From an uncultured Zetaproteobacteria bacterium (GTDB taxonomy: Bacteria; Pseudomonadota; Zetaproteobacteria; Mariprofundales; Mariprofundaceae), in NCBI GenBank assembly GCA_964638265.1, contig CAZXAI010000001.1, forward strand, positions 1 to 38,511: a stretch of 38,511 nt of DNA, given 5' to 3'. A program made the position numbers and the translations under genes. Positions 27,827-36,861 of this stretch are shown here, one piece after another (positions within the stretch are counted from its first letter, which is position 1; each line of letters begins with the position of its first letter). The notes under the pieces are model-generated. The model searched no databases. It had not been told where the DNA came from and worked only from the letters and a program-made list of their open reading frames with translations.

Positions 27827-28392
27827 GAGGGTGTCCCTTTTCCAAACCAGTGCGTATTTAAACATGTGCGTAGTGCCAGTCGCGCCCGGTGCAGCAGGAC
27901 GTGCAAATGGGTCGACGTAATATCGCAACAATTACAGACGGTCGGCGTATCTTCACCGACGATGTCGCGCATACGGAATACCAGTTGCTGCTTTTCCGGC
28001 AGTTTGCTAATGCACTGCTCCAGGGTATGGTGGAACTGCTCGTTTTTGAACAGGTCTTCCGGGTTGTCTTTCCATGCTTCAGGCGATTCATTCCAGCTGC
28101 CGTCGGCCTTGAAATAAGCAGAGGTGGGATCCGACTCGACCGCCTCGGTCAGGTTGCGTCCGCGAATTTCGCGCCGGATATAATCAATGATTTTGTGCTT
28201 CAGAATGCCAACCAGCCAGGTGCGAATGGAGGATTGACCGGCGAAGCGATCATAGCCTTTCCAGCCGGCCAGCAGGGTTTCCTGGAGCATGTCCTGAGCC
28301 AGTTCCTCATGATGCAGGCGTGACATGGCATAACGATACAGATAATCGCCATGTTCATTCAGCCAAGTGTGAGGATCGTCCGGTTTATTCAT
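27823..28392 (-). CDS. ECF-type RNA polymerase sigma-70 factor
   Basis: YLYRYA..AQDMLQETLL, SIRTWLVGILKHKIID (region 2), LPEKQQLVF..VLLHRARLALR (region 4). Confidence 0.93.
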   Translation of the reverse strand: MNKPDDPHTWLNEHGDYLYRYAMSRLHHEELAQDMLQETLLAGWKGYDRFAGQSSIRTWLVGILKHKIIDYIRREIRGRNLTEAVESDPTSAYFKADGSWNESPEAWKDNPEDLFKNEQFHHTLEQCISKLPEKQQLVFRMRDIVGEDTPTVCNCCDITSTHLHVLLHRARLALRTCLNTHWFGKGTPS

Positions 28393-28512
28393 GGGTCGCT
28401 GACTCTGCCCAAAGCGTGAACCGCATCAAGGAATCATTATGCGATGATCAGCGTTTATGATGAATATAGCGCGTGGGCAGCGTATTTGTAGTATGCAGCA
28501 AACGGGAGGCGT

Positions 28513-29304
28513 ATGTCAGACAGGCAAGCCATCGGCGTATTTGATTCAGGTGTGGGAGGGCTTTCAGTGCTTACTCATATTCGCCAGCGTTTGCCGCATG
28601 AAAGCCTGGTATATGTTGCGGATTTGAACTATATGCCTTATGGCTGCAAGCCCGAGCAAGTGATTCATCAGCGCTGTATGGACATTGCCGGTTTTTTTGA
28701 CAGCCAAGATTGCAAGGCGGTCGTGGTGGCATGCAATACAGCTACGGCAGCTGCTGTGCATACAATGAGATCAGTATATTCATTTCCGGTGATTGGCATG
28801 GAGCCGGCGGTGAAGCCGGCGGTGCAGCATAGCAAGAGCAAGGTGATCGGGGTGCTGGCAACGCGCGGCACACTGGGCAGTGATAAATTCAACCGGCTGG
28901 CATCACGCTTTTCGCAACAGGCCCGTGTCATAGTCCAGCCCTGTCCCGGGCTGGTCGAGTTGATTGAGGCCGGTGATCTGAGCGGTACATCTACCCGCGT
29001 GCTACTGGAATCATTGTTATTGCCGCTGATGGGGCAGGGCATGGATACGCTGGTGCTCGGTTGTACGCACTATCCGTTTGTCATGCCGTTGATCAGGGAG
29101 ATTATCGGTGATGATATTTGTATGATTGATAGTGGCGACGCTATTGCCCGCGAACTGGAACGGCAGTTGCGGATGCGTGACTTGTTGTCAGTCAGCCAGC
29201 ATGCAGCGGTGTCATTCTGGAGCAGTGCTGAGTCGAGGCCATCGGCAGCGATGATATCCCGCTTATGGGGGGGGGCAGTCATGGTCAATAAACTGCCATG
29301 TTGA
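28513..29304 (+). CDS. murI: Glutamate racemase
   Basis: IGVFDSGVGGLSV, PYG, VVACNTAT, LVLGCTHYP. Confidence 0.97.
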   Translation: MSDRQAIGVFDSGVGGLSVLTHIRQRLPHESLVYVADLNYMPYGCKPEQVIHQRCMDIAGFFDSQDCKAVVVACNTATAAAVHTMRSVYSFPVIGMEPAVKPAVQHSKSKVIGVLATRGTLGSDKFNRLASRFSQQARVIVQPCPGLVELIEAGDLSGTSTRVLLESLLLPLMGQGMDTLVLGCTHYPFVMPLIREIIGDDICMIDSGDAIARELERQLRMRDLLSVSQHAAVSFWSSAESRPSAAMISRLWGGAVMVNKLPC

Positions 29305-29411
29305 TGCTGGCCGGCATCCATGCGGTCGGTGCATTCGCTTTCACTTGCGTCTGTTTGAATTATGACTATTGTTCGCCCAAATATTTATCATCCATGAGGA
29401 AAAAAACCAAC

Positions 29412-29606
29412 ATGAGTATCACCAAAATAACCAAAAAAGAGCTGGTAGCCAAAGCTGCTGAACTGAATCTGAAAGGCGCGGCCAAGCTGCGTAAACAGGA
29501 ACTGATCCACGCTATCCAGATAGCCGAAGGCAATACCGATTGCTTTGCGCGTATTAGCAATTGTGCAGTCAGCCCATGCCTGTATCGGGCTGAATGTCAG
29601 TCCTGA
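29412..29606 (+). CDS. Small Rho-N/SAP-like domain protein with a 4-Cys C-terminus (64 aa)
   Basis: KKELVAKAAELNLKGAAKLRKQELIHAI helix-extension-helix, then EGNTDCF..C....CLYRAEC; GAGGA RBS. Confidence 0.75.
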   Translation: MSITKITKKELVAKAAELNLKGAAKLRKQELIHAIQIAEGNTDCFARISNCAVSPCLYRAECQS

Positions 29607-29643
29607 TCGTTGCAAGCGCTTAACACTCACAACGTATCAGATT

Positions 29644-29676
29644 AAAACCGCCTTGCAGATTGCAAGGCGGTTTTTT
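29644..29676. terminator. Bidirectional intrinsic terminator
   Basis: AAAACCGCCTTGCA-gat-TGCAAGGCGGTTTTTT between convergent genes. Confidence 0.9.
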
Positions 29677-29692
29677 CGTTGTGGGGTACTGA

Positions 29693-30943
29693 TTATTTCA
29701 AATAGCTGTACCATGCATCAATGCCCTGATAGTCCTTCAGAAACTGTTTAAAGGTGGCAGCTGCGTGTTTATCTTTGAAACCGCTGGCCCGAACACGATA
29801 CCATGTTTTTCCCTTAATCTGGACGCGTACATATTTTGCATCAATATCCTTGGCTTTTAATTGTCTGATTCTTTTTTCGGCAGTGCTTCTGGATGTGACG
29901 GAATAGATATTGACGACCCAGCCCTTCACGGTGCCCGGCGCTACTTCATACATGGATAACGGGGCGGTTGTCCTCGGCGTCTGTGCGACGGGCTGGGTAT
30001 CTACAGGCGTTTTAATCTCGGTGGTCGGGGCAATGACCGGTTTCTTCGCCTTGGCGGGCTGCTGGGCGGCAGCATGCCGGGCTGGCTGGCTTGCAGCTTC
30101 GGGCGTGGCTGGCATATCGGCAGGTGTTGATTGCAAGCTGGCGGCTCCGATGGCTGCATGTTTCGGGCTGGCCGGTGTATGTTGAAGGGCCGTACGCCAT
30201 TGCTCGGCCGTTTTATTGGCGATGACCTGCGTCAATGTATTGACTCGTTTTTCCAGTGTTTCAATGTGTTGTGTTAACAGTGTTTTTTGTTGTTTCTGTT
30301 GCTGTTCGAGTAACTTGATTTGTTGTTGAAGGTTGGATGAGACGGATGCCAGTTTCGATTTTTGCTGTGATGCATCGAGCCACAGCCAGCCAGCCAGTGC
30401 GGTGATCAGAATGGCGATTAGTCCCAGCATCAGCATGACGCTGCTGGCTATGCCGGAGCGGGCCGGTTGTTCTGTTGTGTGTTCTGTCTCAGGGATGTCG
30501 GTTGCGGGTTCAGTTTCTGCCGGCATCGACGTATGTATGCTGTCTGAGCCTGCTGCCGCATGGGAGGGCGGCGGCGTATGTTGCATGGGCTCTCCCGCAT
30601 GCGCTGGATTATGATCCAGCAGGTGTTCAATATCCTGTTCTACTGTTTGTAGTATGCCCTGCTCTTTTTCCGAACCATTGGTTTCATCGTCCTGCGGGGC
30701 CTGATCCGGCAGTTCATCCATCAGGTGCTGGAATGAATCACTGTTATCATCGCGCTCACTTGCAGCAGCAATGGTTTGTATTTCTTCTGCGGGTTCTTCA
30801 TACATGTCTTCCAGCATGTCACTCAGTTTTCCGGCCTGACTGTTGTCCGGTTCATCCAGAGGCATATCCAGATCAAATAACTCATCCGAGTCTATGATGT
30901 CGTCGATATGCTTACCATCTGCCTGTTTTTTGCTATCGCCCAC
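29693..30943 (-). CDS. Bitopic SPOR-domain protein (acidic cytoplasmic N-terminus, TM, coiled coil, SPOR)
   Basis: GTG 30943 with GGAGGA RBS; TM LMLGLIAILITALAGWLWL; GWVVNIYS..KGKTWYRVR..GIDAW. Confidence 0.85.
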   Translation of the reverse strand: MGDSKKQADGKHIDDIIDSDELFDLDMPLDEPDNSQAGKLSDMLEDMYEEPAEEIQTIAAASERDDNSDSFQHLMDELPDQAPQDDETNGSEKEQGILQTVEQDIEHLLDHNPAHAGEPMQHTPPPSHAAAGSDSIHTSMPAETEPATDIPETEHTTEQPARSGIASSVMLMLGLIAILITALAGWLWLDASQQKSKLASVSSNLQQQIKLLEQQQKQQKTLLTQHIETLEKRVNTLTQVIANKTAEQWRTALQHTPASPKHAAIGAASLQSTPADMPATPEAASQPARHAAAQQPAKAKKPVIAPTTEIKTPVDTQPVAQTPRTTAPLSMYEVAPGTVKGWVVNIYSVTSRSTAEKRIRQLKAKDIDAKYVRVQIKGKTWYRVRASGFKDKHAAATFKQFLKDYQGIDAWYSYLK

Positions 30944-31008
30944 GTTTCCTCCGGGGTTGTTGTGACATGATACGAACAACGCGCCTGCTGGCTGTTTTTC
31001 GTCCCATG

Positions 31009-31830
31009 CTAAGGTTTTTGAACCCAAGCATCTTTAATGCCATATTTTTGTGCCAGATGACGTTTTTGCGCGATCGCTTGCTGTCTGCTGGCAAAGCCGC
31101 CAATACGGAGCCGGTACCAGGTCTTGCCCTTGATCACGGTGGCATGGATTTCAGCCGGGATAGCCCGAGCCTTGTAGCGGCTTAGGGCTTTGCTGGCGGC
31201 ATGCCTGGATTCCACTGATGCGAGATTCACAACCCATCCTGTTTTTTGCATGGGTGTTGCCGCTGCAGTGGATGGCCGGCGAGCCGGCCTGTTTTTTTGC
31301 CTAACGGCAGGGCGGATTGACTGCTGCGGTCTTGTCTGTTTGGCAGTCTGTTTGCTCAGCTGGCCGGTCAGGCTGGCTAGTTGTTGCTGCAACTGCGCCA
31401 CTTGCTGATGGAGCATCTCATTTTGCTGGCGGCTACGCTGCTCCAGTGATGCCAGCCGTGTTTCCAGACGCTGTACTTGTACATCCGCAGTCAATACAGG
31501 CCGGGACGGTAACGCCGTGGATTCGTCGCTGTCGCCATGGGCGCCTGGATTCAACCAGACAGCGATGGCAGCAACCAGCATGGCCAGAATGGCAAACACG
31601 GTAATGGACTTTGTGCCCGAGCGCTGCCCGGCAGGTGGTGCTGACGAGGGGCTGTCTGGCGCCGGCGCGGTGCTGTGCTGTGGATCAGGCGCGGCTTGCG
31701 AAGCATCCGCCTCCGGTTCATCGTTTTTCGGAATGATGGGTTCCTGTTTTTCGTAACCGGGTGCGGTATCAAAATGGTTCAGGCCAAAGTCATGATTGTC
31801 CGTGTTACTGTTGGTTGTCTCGTCTGTCAT
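31009..31830 (-). CDS. Bitopic SPOR-domain protein (paralog-like)
   Basis: ATG 31830; TM FAILAMLVAAIAVWL; coiled coil; GWVVNLAS..KGKTWYRLRIGGF..GIKDAWV. Confidence 0.85.
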   Translation of the reverse strand: MTDETTNSNTDNHDFGLNHFDTAPGYEKQEPIIPKNDEPEADASQAAPDPQHSTAPAPDSPSSAPPAGQRSGTKSITVFAILAMLVAAIAVWLNPGAHGDSDESTALPSRPVLTADVQVQRLETRLASLEQRSRQQNEMLHQQVAQLQQQLASLTGQLSKQTAKQTRPQQSIRPAVRQKNRPARRPSTAAATPMQKTGWVVNLASVESRHAASKALSRYKARAIPAEIHATVIKGKTWYRLRIGGFASRQQAIAQKRHLAQKYGIKDAWVQKP

Positions 31831-31858
31831 TGCGAAGCGGCTCCTGTTTGCATGCAGG

Positions 31859-32431
31859 CTAGGATGTCGGGCTGTGGATGGGAACCCCGGCCAGCAGCCC
31901 GGCCTCATCCAGCCAGCCGCTGGAGGCATCGGGGATGGCATCGGCGTAGGGAATATACGGTTTGATATCGAGCACCGGCGTGCCGTCGAGCATGTCATGG
32001 CCTTCGATATGTAATACCCTGCCATTGATTTTTTTCAGGCGGACGGCAGACAGGCCGATACTGTTGGGGCGGTGGGGGGCGCGGGTGGCGAACAGGCCGC
32101 GTCGGATTTTCGGGCCGCGCGGTGGTATTACGGTGGGGTTCCAGCCCTGGTTCAGATGCATCCAGTAAATCACCCAGATGTGGGAAAAACCGTTCAGATC
32201 CTGCAAGGCCTGATGAAAATTCAAGCCGGCATTGAGCCGGATTTCAGCCGGCTGCGCTGCATCGAGCACCGGCTGGCGCGGCGTTGCAAAACGTTCCCGG
32301 TAATTGCTGTGTACCACGCCAATGGCCTGCATATCAATATGCAAGGCGGCGCTGTCGGTATGGCTGATATCATCGGTGTATGATTTCGGCGCTTTGCGCC
32401 TGTTGTGCTTATGGGCTGCAGCTACGCTCAT
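31859..32431 (-). CDS. trmO: tRNA (N6-threonylcarbamoyladenosine(37)-N6)-methyltransferase
   Basis: ATPRQP, FSHIWVIYWMH, GLFATRAPHRPNSIGLS, DGTPVLDIKPYIPYAD. Confidence 0.92.
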   Translation of the reverse strand: MSVAAAHKHNRRKAPKSYTDDISHTDSAALHIDMQAIGVVHSNYRERFATPRQPVLDAAQPAEIRLNAGLNFHQALQDLNGFSHIWVIYWMHLNQGWNPTVIPPRGPKIRRGLFATRAPHRPNSIGLSAVRLKKINGRVLHIEGHDMLDGTPVLDIKPYIPYADAIPDASSGWLDEAGLLAGVPIHSPTS

Positions 32432-34686
32432 GCAGTCTCGGTTTCCGATTGTAACAATACCAGTTTATCCGCCTTGCAATCCACCACGGCTACGCCGCCT
32501 TTCTGCAGGTCGCCAAACAGGATGGCATCAGCCAGCGGTTTTTTAATATGCTCCTGAATCAGGCGCGCCATCGGGCGAGCCCCCATCAACGGGTCATAAC
32601 CGTGCGTAGCCAGCCAGGCCTTGGCGGATGCAGTGACTTCAAGCATTACCTTTTTGGTTTCCAGCTGGGTTTCCAGTTCCACCAGTAATTTATCAACCAC
32701 ATGCAGGATGGTCTGCTCTGACAGCGGTGCAAAACCGATGATCGCATCCAGCCGGTTGCGGAATTCTGGCGTGAAGATGCGTTTGACCGCTTCTTCATCC
32801 TCTCCCTGACGCGGTTGCGGATTAAAGCCGACGGTATTCTGCTGCATTTCAAATGCCCCGGCATTGCTGGTCATGATCAGTACAATATGCCGGAAATCGG
32901 CCTTGCGACCATTGTTATCGGTCAGGGTGCCATGATCCATAATCTGCAACAGCAGATTAAACAAATCCGGATGCGCTTTCTCGACCTCATCCAGCAGCAG
33001 GATGGCATGCGGGTTTTGGGTGACCGCTTCGGTCAGCAAGCCGCCCTGATCAAAGCCGACATAACCCGGAGGTGCGCCAATCAGGCGGGATACCGTATGC
33101 GATTCCATATATTCGGACATATCGAAACGGATCAGTTCCACGCCCATAATGCGCGCCATCTGTCGAACCACTTCAGTTTTACCAACGCCGGTGGGGCCGG
33201 TGAACAGGAATGAGCCAATGGGTTTTTCCGGGTGCGACAGGCCGGCGCGTGCGAGCTTGATGCTGGAGGCCAGTTGGTCGATGGCCTTGTCCTGGCCGAA
33301 CACGGATAATTTCAGGTCGCGATCCAGATGTACCAGCCGTTTCTTGTCAGAGGCATTGACCTGGCGATGCGGAATGCGCGCCATCGATGCAATCATCGTT
33401 TCAATGTCGTGTACTTTGATATGGTTGCGCCGTTTACCCTCGGGTTTGACGCGCATGGATGCGCCCGCTTCATCGAGTACGTCAATAGCGGAATCGGGCA
33501 GGTGGCGGTCGCCCAGATAACGCTTGGCCAGTTTGGCAGCCTGTTCAATGGCCGGCTGACTGTAGCGTACGCCGTGGTGCTGCTGTAAGCGTGATTTTAA
33601 ACCTTTGAGGATATCAATGGTTTCTTCAACGCTCGGTTCCGGTATATCCACCTTCTGAAAGCGGCGGGAGAGGGCCCGGTCTTTTTCAAACAGGTTGCGG
33701 AATTCCTGATAGGTGGTGGCGCCGATACAGCGCAATTCGCCATTGGCCAGCGCCGGTTTGAGCAGGTTGGAGGCGTCCATGGTGCCGCCACTGGCCGCGC
33801 CTGCGCCGATAATGGTGTGGATTTCATCAATAAACAGCACCGCCTGATCTTCCGCTTCCAGCGCATGCAGCACTGCTTTTAGACGTTCTTCAAAATCACC
33901 GCGATATTTGGTGCCGGCCAGCAATGCGCCCATGTCGAGCGAATAAATGATGGCATTTTCAATTACATCGGGGGCTTCTTTCTGTTCGATTCTCAGCGCC
34001 AGGCCTTCGGCAATGGCAGTTTTGCCGACACCGGCCTCACCAACCAGCAAGGGGTTGTTTTTGCGTCTGCGGCAGAGAATCTGGGTGCAGCGCTTTAATT
34101 CTTTACTGCGACCAATCAATGGGTCGATCTTTCCGTCTTTGGCGCGCTGGCTCAAGTTAATGCAGAATCGGTGCAGCGGCGAGTTGCTTTTATCCGGCTT
34201 GTCCGTTTCCAGGGCCGGTGTCTCCGAGCCCGGTTCAGGCCGGGCGCTTTCATTGCTAAGCGCGCCATGCGCCATAAAACTGACTACATCAAGCCGGCTG
34301 ATGCCCATGCGATTGAGATAATGCACTGCATGAGAATCTTTTTCGGAGAAGATGGCGACCAGCACATGCGCGCCGGTGACTTCGCGTTTGCCCGAGGCCT
34401 GCACATGCATGACCGCGCGTTGAATGACGCGTTGCAAGCCGATGCTGGCCGTCGTTTCACCGGCATCTTCGGGCAGGATGGATACATGTTCACGAATAAA
34501 CGAAGCCAGCTCGTTACGCAGCACTTCCACATTGGCATGGCAGCCGAGCAATACGCCCAGCGCATTGGGGTTGTCCAGCAGACCGAGCAGCAGGTGCTCG
34601 ACTGTTACAAACTCGTTACGCCTGAAATGCGCATTTCGGAATGTATCATTCAGTGTTTCTTCCAGCTCTTCGCTTAAGATACCCAT
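32428..34686 (-). CDS. clpA: ATP-dependent Clp protease ATP-binding subunit
   Basis: Two AAA+ modules (GEAGVGKT, GPTGVGKT), GTKYRGDFE, RFDMSEYME, VGF ClpP-docking loop, no ClpB middle domain. Confidence 0.97.
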   Translation of the reverse strand: MGILSEELEETLNDTFRNAHFRRNEFVTVEHLLLGLLDNPNALGVLLGCHANVEVLRNELASFIREHVSILPEDAGETTASIGLQRVIQRAVMHVQASGKREVTGAHVLVAIFSEKDSHAVHYLNRMGISRLDVVSFMAHGALSNESARPEPGSETPALETDKPDKSNSPLHRFCINLSQRAKDGKIDPLIGRSKELKRCTQILCRRRKNNPLLVGEAGVGKTAIAEGLALRIEQKEAPDVIENAIIYSLDMGALLAGTKYRGDFEERLKAVLHALEAEDQAVLFIDEIHTIIGAGAASGGTMDASNLLKPALANGELRCIGATTYQEFRNLFEKDRALSRRFQKVDIPEPSVEETIDILKGLKSRLQQHHGVRYSQPAIEQAAKLAKRYLGDRHLPDSAIDVLDEAGASMRVKPEGKRRNHIKVHDIETMIASMARIPHRQVNASDKKRLVHLDRDLKLSVFGQDKAIDQLASSIKLARAGLSHPEKPIGSFLFTGPTGVGKTEVVRQMARIMGVELIRFDMSEYMESHTVSRLIGAPPGYVGFDQGGLLTEAVTQNPHAILLLDEVEKAHPDLFNLLLQIMDHGTLTDNNGRKADFRHIVLIMTSNAGAFEMQQNTVGFNPQPRQGEDEEAVKRIFTPEFRNRLDAIIGFAPLSEQTILHVVDKLLVELETQLETKKVMLEVTASAKAWLATHGYDPLMGARPMARLIQEHIKKPLADAILFGDLQKGGVAVVDCKADKLVLLQSETETA

Positions 34687-34815
34687 GTTTGCATCCTCGC
34701 TTTAATCGGGGCGTCAGGGGCTCACCCGATTGGCCATTGACGGCGTTGTCATGTTAGCATGTTCTATACCATTTCTCAATATCACTGTTCGATATCAATG
34801 TCTGCATTCTCATAA

Positions 34816-34831
34816 CGCAATATCGGTGCCA
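34816..34831 (-). promoter_or_regulatory. sigma54 -24/-12 promoter between clpS and clpA
   Basis: Minus-strand TGGCACCGATATTGCG = TGGCAC-N5-TTGC. Confidence 0.6.
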
Positions 34832-34868
34832 ACTCATTGGTATTCAAGTGGGGCTATTGCGTTACCTG

Positions 34869-35198
34869 TCAGTCGTTCGAATCATACTCCGCTATACAGC
34901 GCAGTGGATGGCCGCTGGTGCGACTGGCTGTTTCCACCTGCTGGACTTTGGTTTCAGCAATATCACGCGGAAATATGCCGCAAATGACACTGCCTTCATG
35001 GTGGATTTGCAACATCATTGTGTTGGCTGCCTCCTCCGATTTATGAAAGAAACGTATCAGTATATCAACCACAAACTCCATCGGGGTAAAGTCGTCATTT
35101 AGCATAACCACACGATACATAGGGGGAGATTGTAGTTGAGGTTCTATCGTTTCTACCTCAGGTTTGCGGATAACATCCGGTGTTTCAATCTGGCTCAT
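34869..35198 (-). CDS. clpS: ATP-dependent Clp protease adaptor
   Basis: PPMYRVVMLNDDFTPMEFVV, MLQIHHEG, IAETKV, HPLRC. Confidence 0.97.
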   Translation of the reverse strand: MSQIETPDVIRKPEVETIEPQLQSPPMYRVVMLNDDFTPMEFVVDILIRFFHKSEEAANTMMLQIHHEGSVICGIFPRDIAETKVQQVETASRTSGHPLRCIAEYDSND

Positions 35199-35306
35199 GC
35201 GGTGATGTTAGAGCCTGATGAGGTGAACGGCAACGATGATTTTTAGATCTGATTTTGTCGCGAATATATGCCGAACGCCCCGGAAATATTTTCCTGGAGT
35301 AGAGCA

Positions 35307-36062
35307 ATGGCAGAACTGAAATGTATCCTGTGGGATGTCGATGGCACGCTGGCCGATACCGAACGAGACGGCCACCGGGTGGCGTTTAATATGGCCTTTG
35401 AAGAGGCGGGTATTGCACGGCAATGGGATGTTGCTACCTATGGAGAATTGCTGGCGGTGACCGGCGGTAAAGAGCGCATGCGCTTTGATATAGATCGCGG
35501 CGGTATGGCGGATATGTCGTACGATACCATTGCGAGTCTGCATGCGCGCAAAACAATTCACTACCAAAATCTGATAGCCGAAGGGCGTATTCCGCTCAGG
35601 CCGGGCGTGCTCCGTCTGTTGCAGGCGGCTTATGATGCAGGCATTACGCTCGGCATATCAACCACCACCACGCCGGCGGCACTGGATGCGCTGATAGAAC
35701 ATTCACTGGGCAAACAATGGTTTGATCGATTTGCCGTACTGGCCGCCGGAGATATTGTACCGGCCAAGAAGCCTGCCCCGGATATCTATCAGTATGCGCT
35801 GGAACAGCTGGGGGAATCGCCCGAGCATACGCTGGCGCTGGAAGATTCCGCCAATGGCTGGAAATCGGCTCATGCGGCCGGGTTGAAATGCGTGGTGACG
35901 GTCAACGGATATACCCGTCAGCATGATTTCTCCGGTGCTGACCTGGTGGTATCCGAGCTGGGTGAGCCGGACGCTGATGCGGTTGAAGTATTACAGAATC
36001 CGCATGGCCTGGAGCTGCACCATGTTGAGCTGAGCCATTTGCAGGCAATCCTGCATGACTGA
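35307..36062 (+). CDS. cbbY: CbbY-like HAD phosphatase
   Basis: DVDGTLADTERDGHRVAFN, TGGKERM, LRPGV, KKPAPDIY, ALEDS; ATG 35307. Confidence 0.8.
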   Translation: MAELKCILWDVDGTLADTERDGHRVAFNMAFEEAGIARQWDVATYGELLAVTGGKERMRFDIDRGGMADMSYDTIASLHARKTIHYQNLIAEGRIPLRPGVLRLLQAAYDAGITLGISTTTTPAALDALIEHSLGKQWFDRFAVLAAGDIVPAKKPAPDIYQYALEQLGESPEHTLALEDSANGWKSAHAAGLKCVVTVNGYTRQHDFSGADLVVSELGEPDADAVEVLQNPHGLELHHVELSHLQAILHD

Positions 36063-36834
36063 GGGTGATATCAGGTTGTTTGACAGTCATTGCCATGTCA
36101 ATTTCAGCCACTATTCGGAAGACCGTGATGCCATGTTTGCACGTATGGCCGAGGCGGGCGTGGAAGGGTGCGCGGTGGTTGCAGTTGAACTGGAGCATGT
36201 GCCCGAATTGCGGGCACTGGCCGAAGCGCGTGATCATGTCTGGTTCAGCGTCGGCGTTCACCCCAACCATGAGGTGGTGCAAGAACCGACGGTCGATGAC
36301 TTATGTGCGCTGGCGGATCATCCGCGTTGTGTGGCTATTGGTGAAACGGGCATGGATTTCTTTCGCGAACACGTATCGCCGGCCATTCAGGAGACGCGTT
36401 TTCGCACTCATATTCGAGCCGCCCAGGCGCTTGGCAAGCCGGTTATTGTGCATGATCGCGAAGCCGATAGCGCCTGCCTGAATATCCTCCAGAGCGAGGG
36501 AGTCGGCACATGCGGCGGCATCATGCACTGCTTTTCTTCTGATTGGGAAACGGCCAGCCAGGCCATTGACCTGGGTATGTCCATTTCTTTTTCCGGCAAT
36601 GTCACGTTCAAGCGCAATGATGCGCTGCGCGCTGTAGCTGCCCGGGTGCCAGATGAACTGTTGATGGTTGAAACCGATGCGCCTTATCTGGCGCCCGTGC
36701 CGTATCGCGGCAAGCGCAATGAGCCGGCTTATGTGCGTCATGTGGCTGAATGCATCGCTCAGGTGCGTGGCGTTTCGCTGGCCCGGCTGGCCCGGCTCAC
36801 CACAGAAAACACCAGGCGACGATTTAATATCTGA
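36055..36834 (+). CDS. tatD: TatD-family metal-dependent DNase
   Basis: DSHCH, GVHP, AIGETGMD, IVHDREA, GIMHCF, ETDAPYLAP, RGKRNEP. Confidence 0.93.
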   Translation: MTEGDIRLFDSHCHVNFSHYSEDRDAMFARMAEAGVEGCAVVAVELEHVPELRALAEARDHVWFSVGVHPNHEVVQEPTVDDLCALADHPRCVAIGETGMDFFREHVSPAIQETRFRTHIRAAQALGKPVIVHDREADSACLNILQSEGVGTCGGIMHCFSSDWETASQAIDLGMSISFSGNVTFKRNDALRAVAARVPDELLMVETDAPYLAPVPYRGKRNEPAYVRHVAECIAQVRGVSLARLARLTTENTRRRFNI

Positions 36835-36861
36835 CGCGGTAACAGGCTGTGTTTGTCGTGC

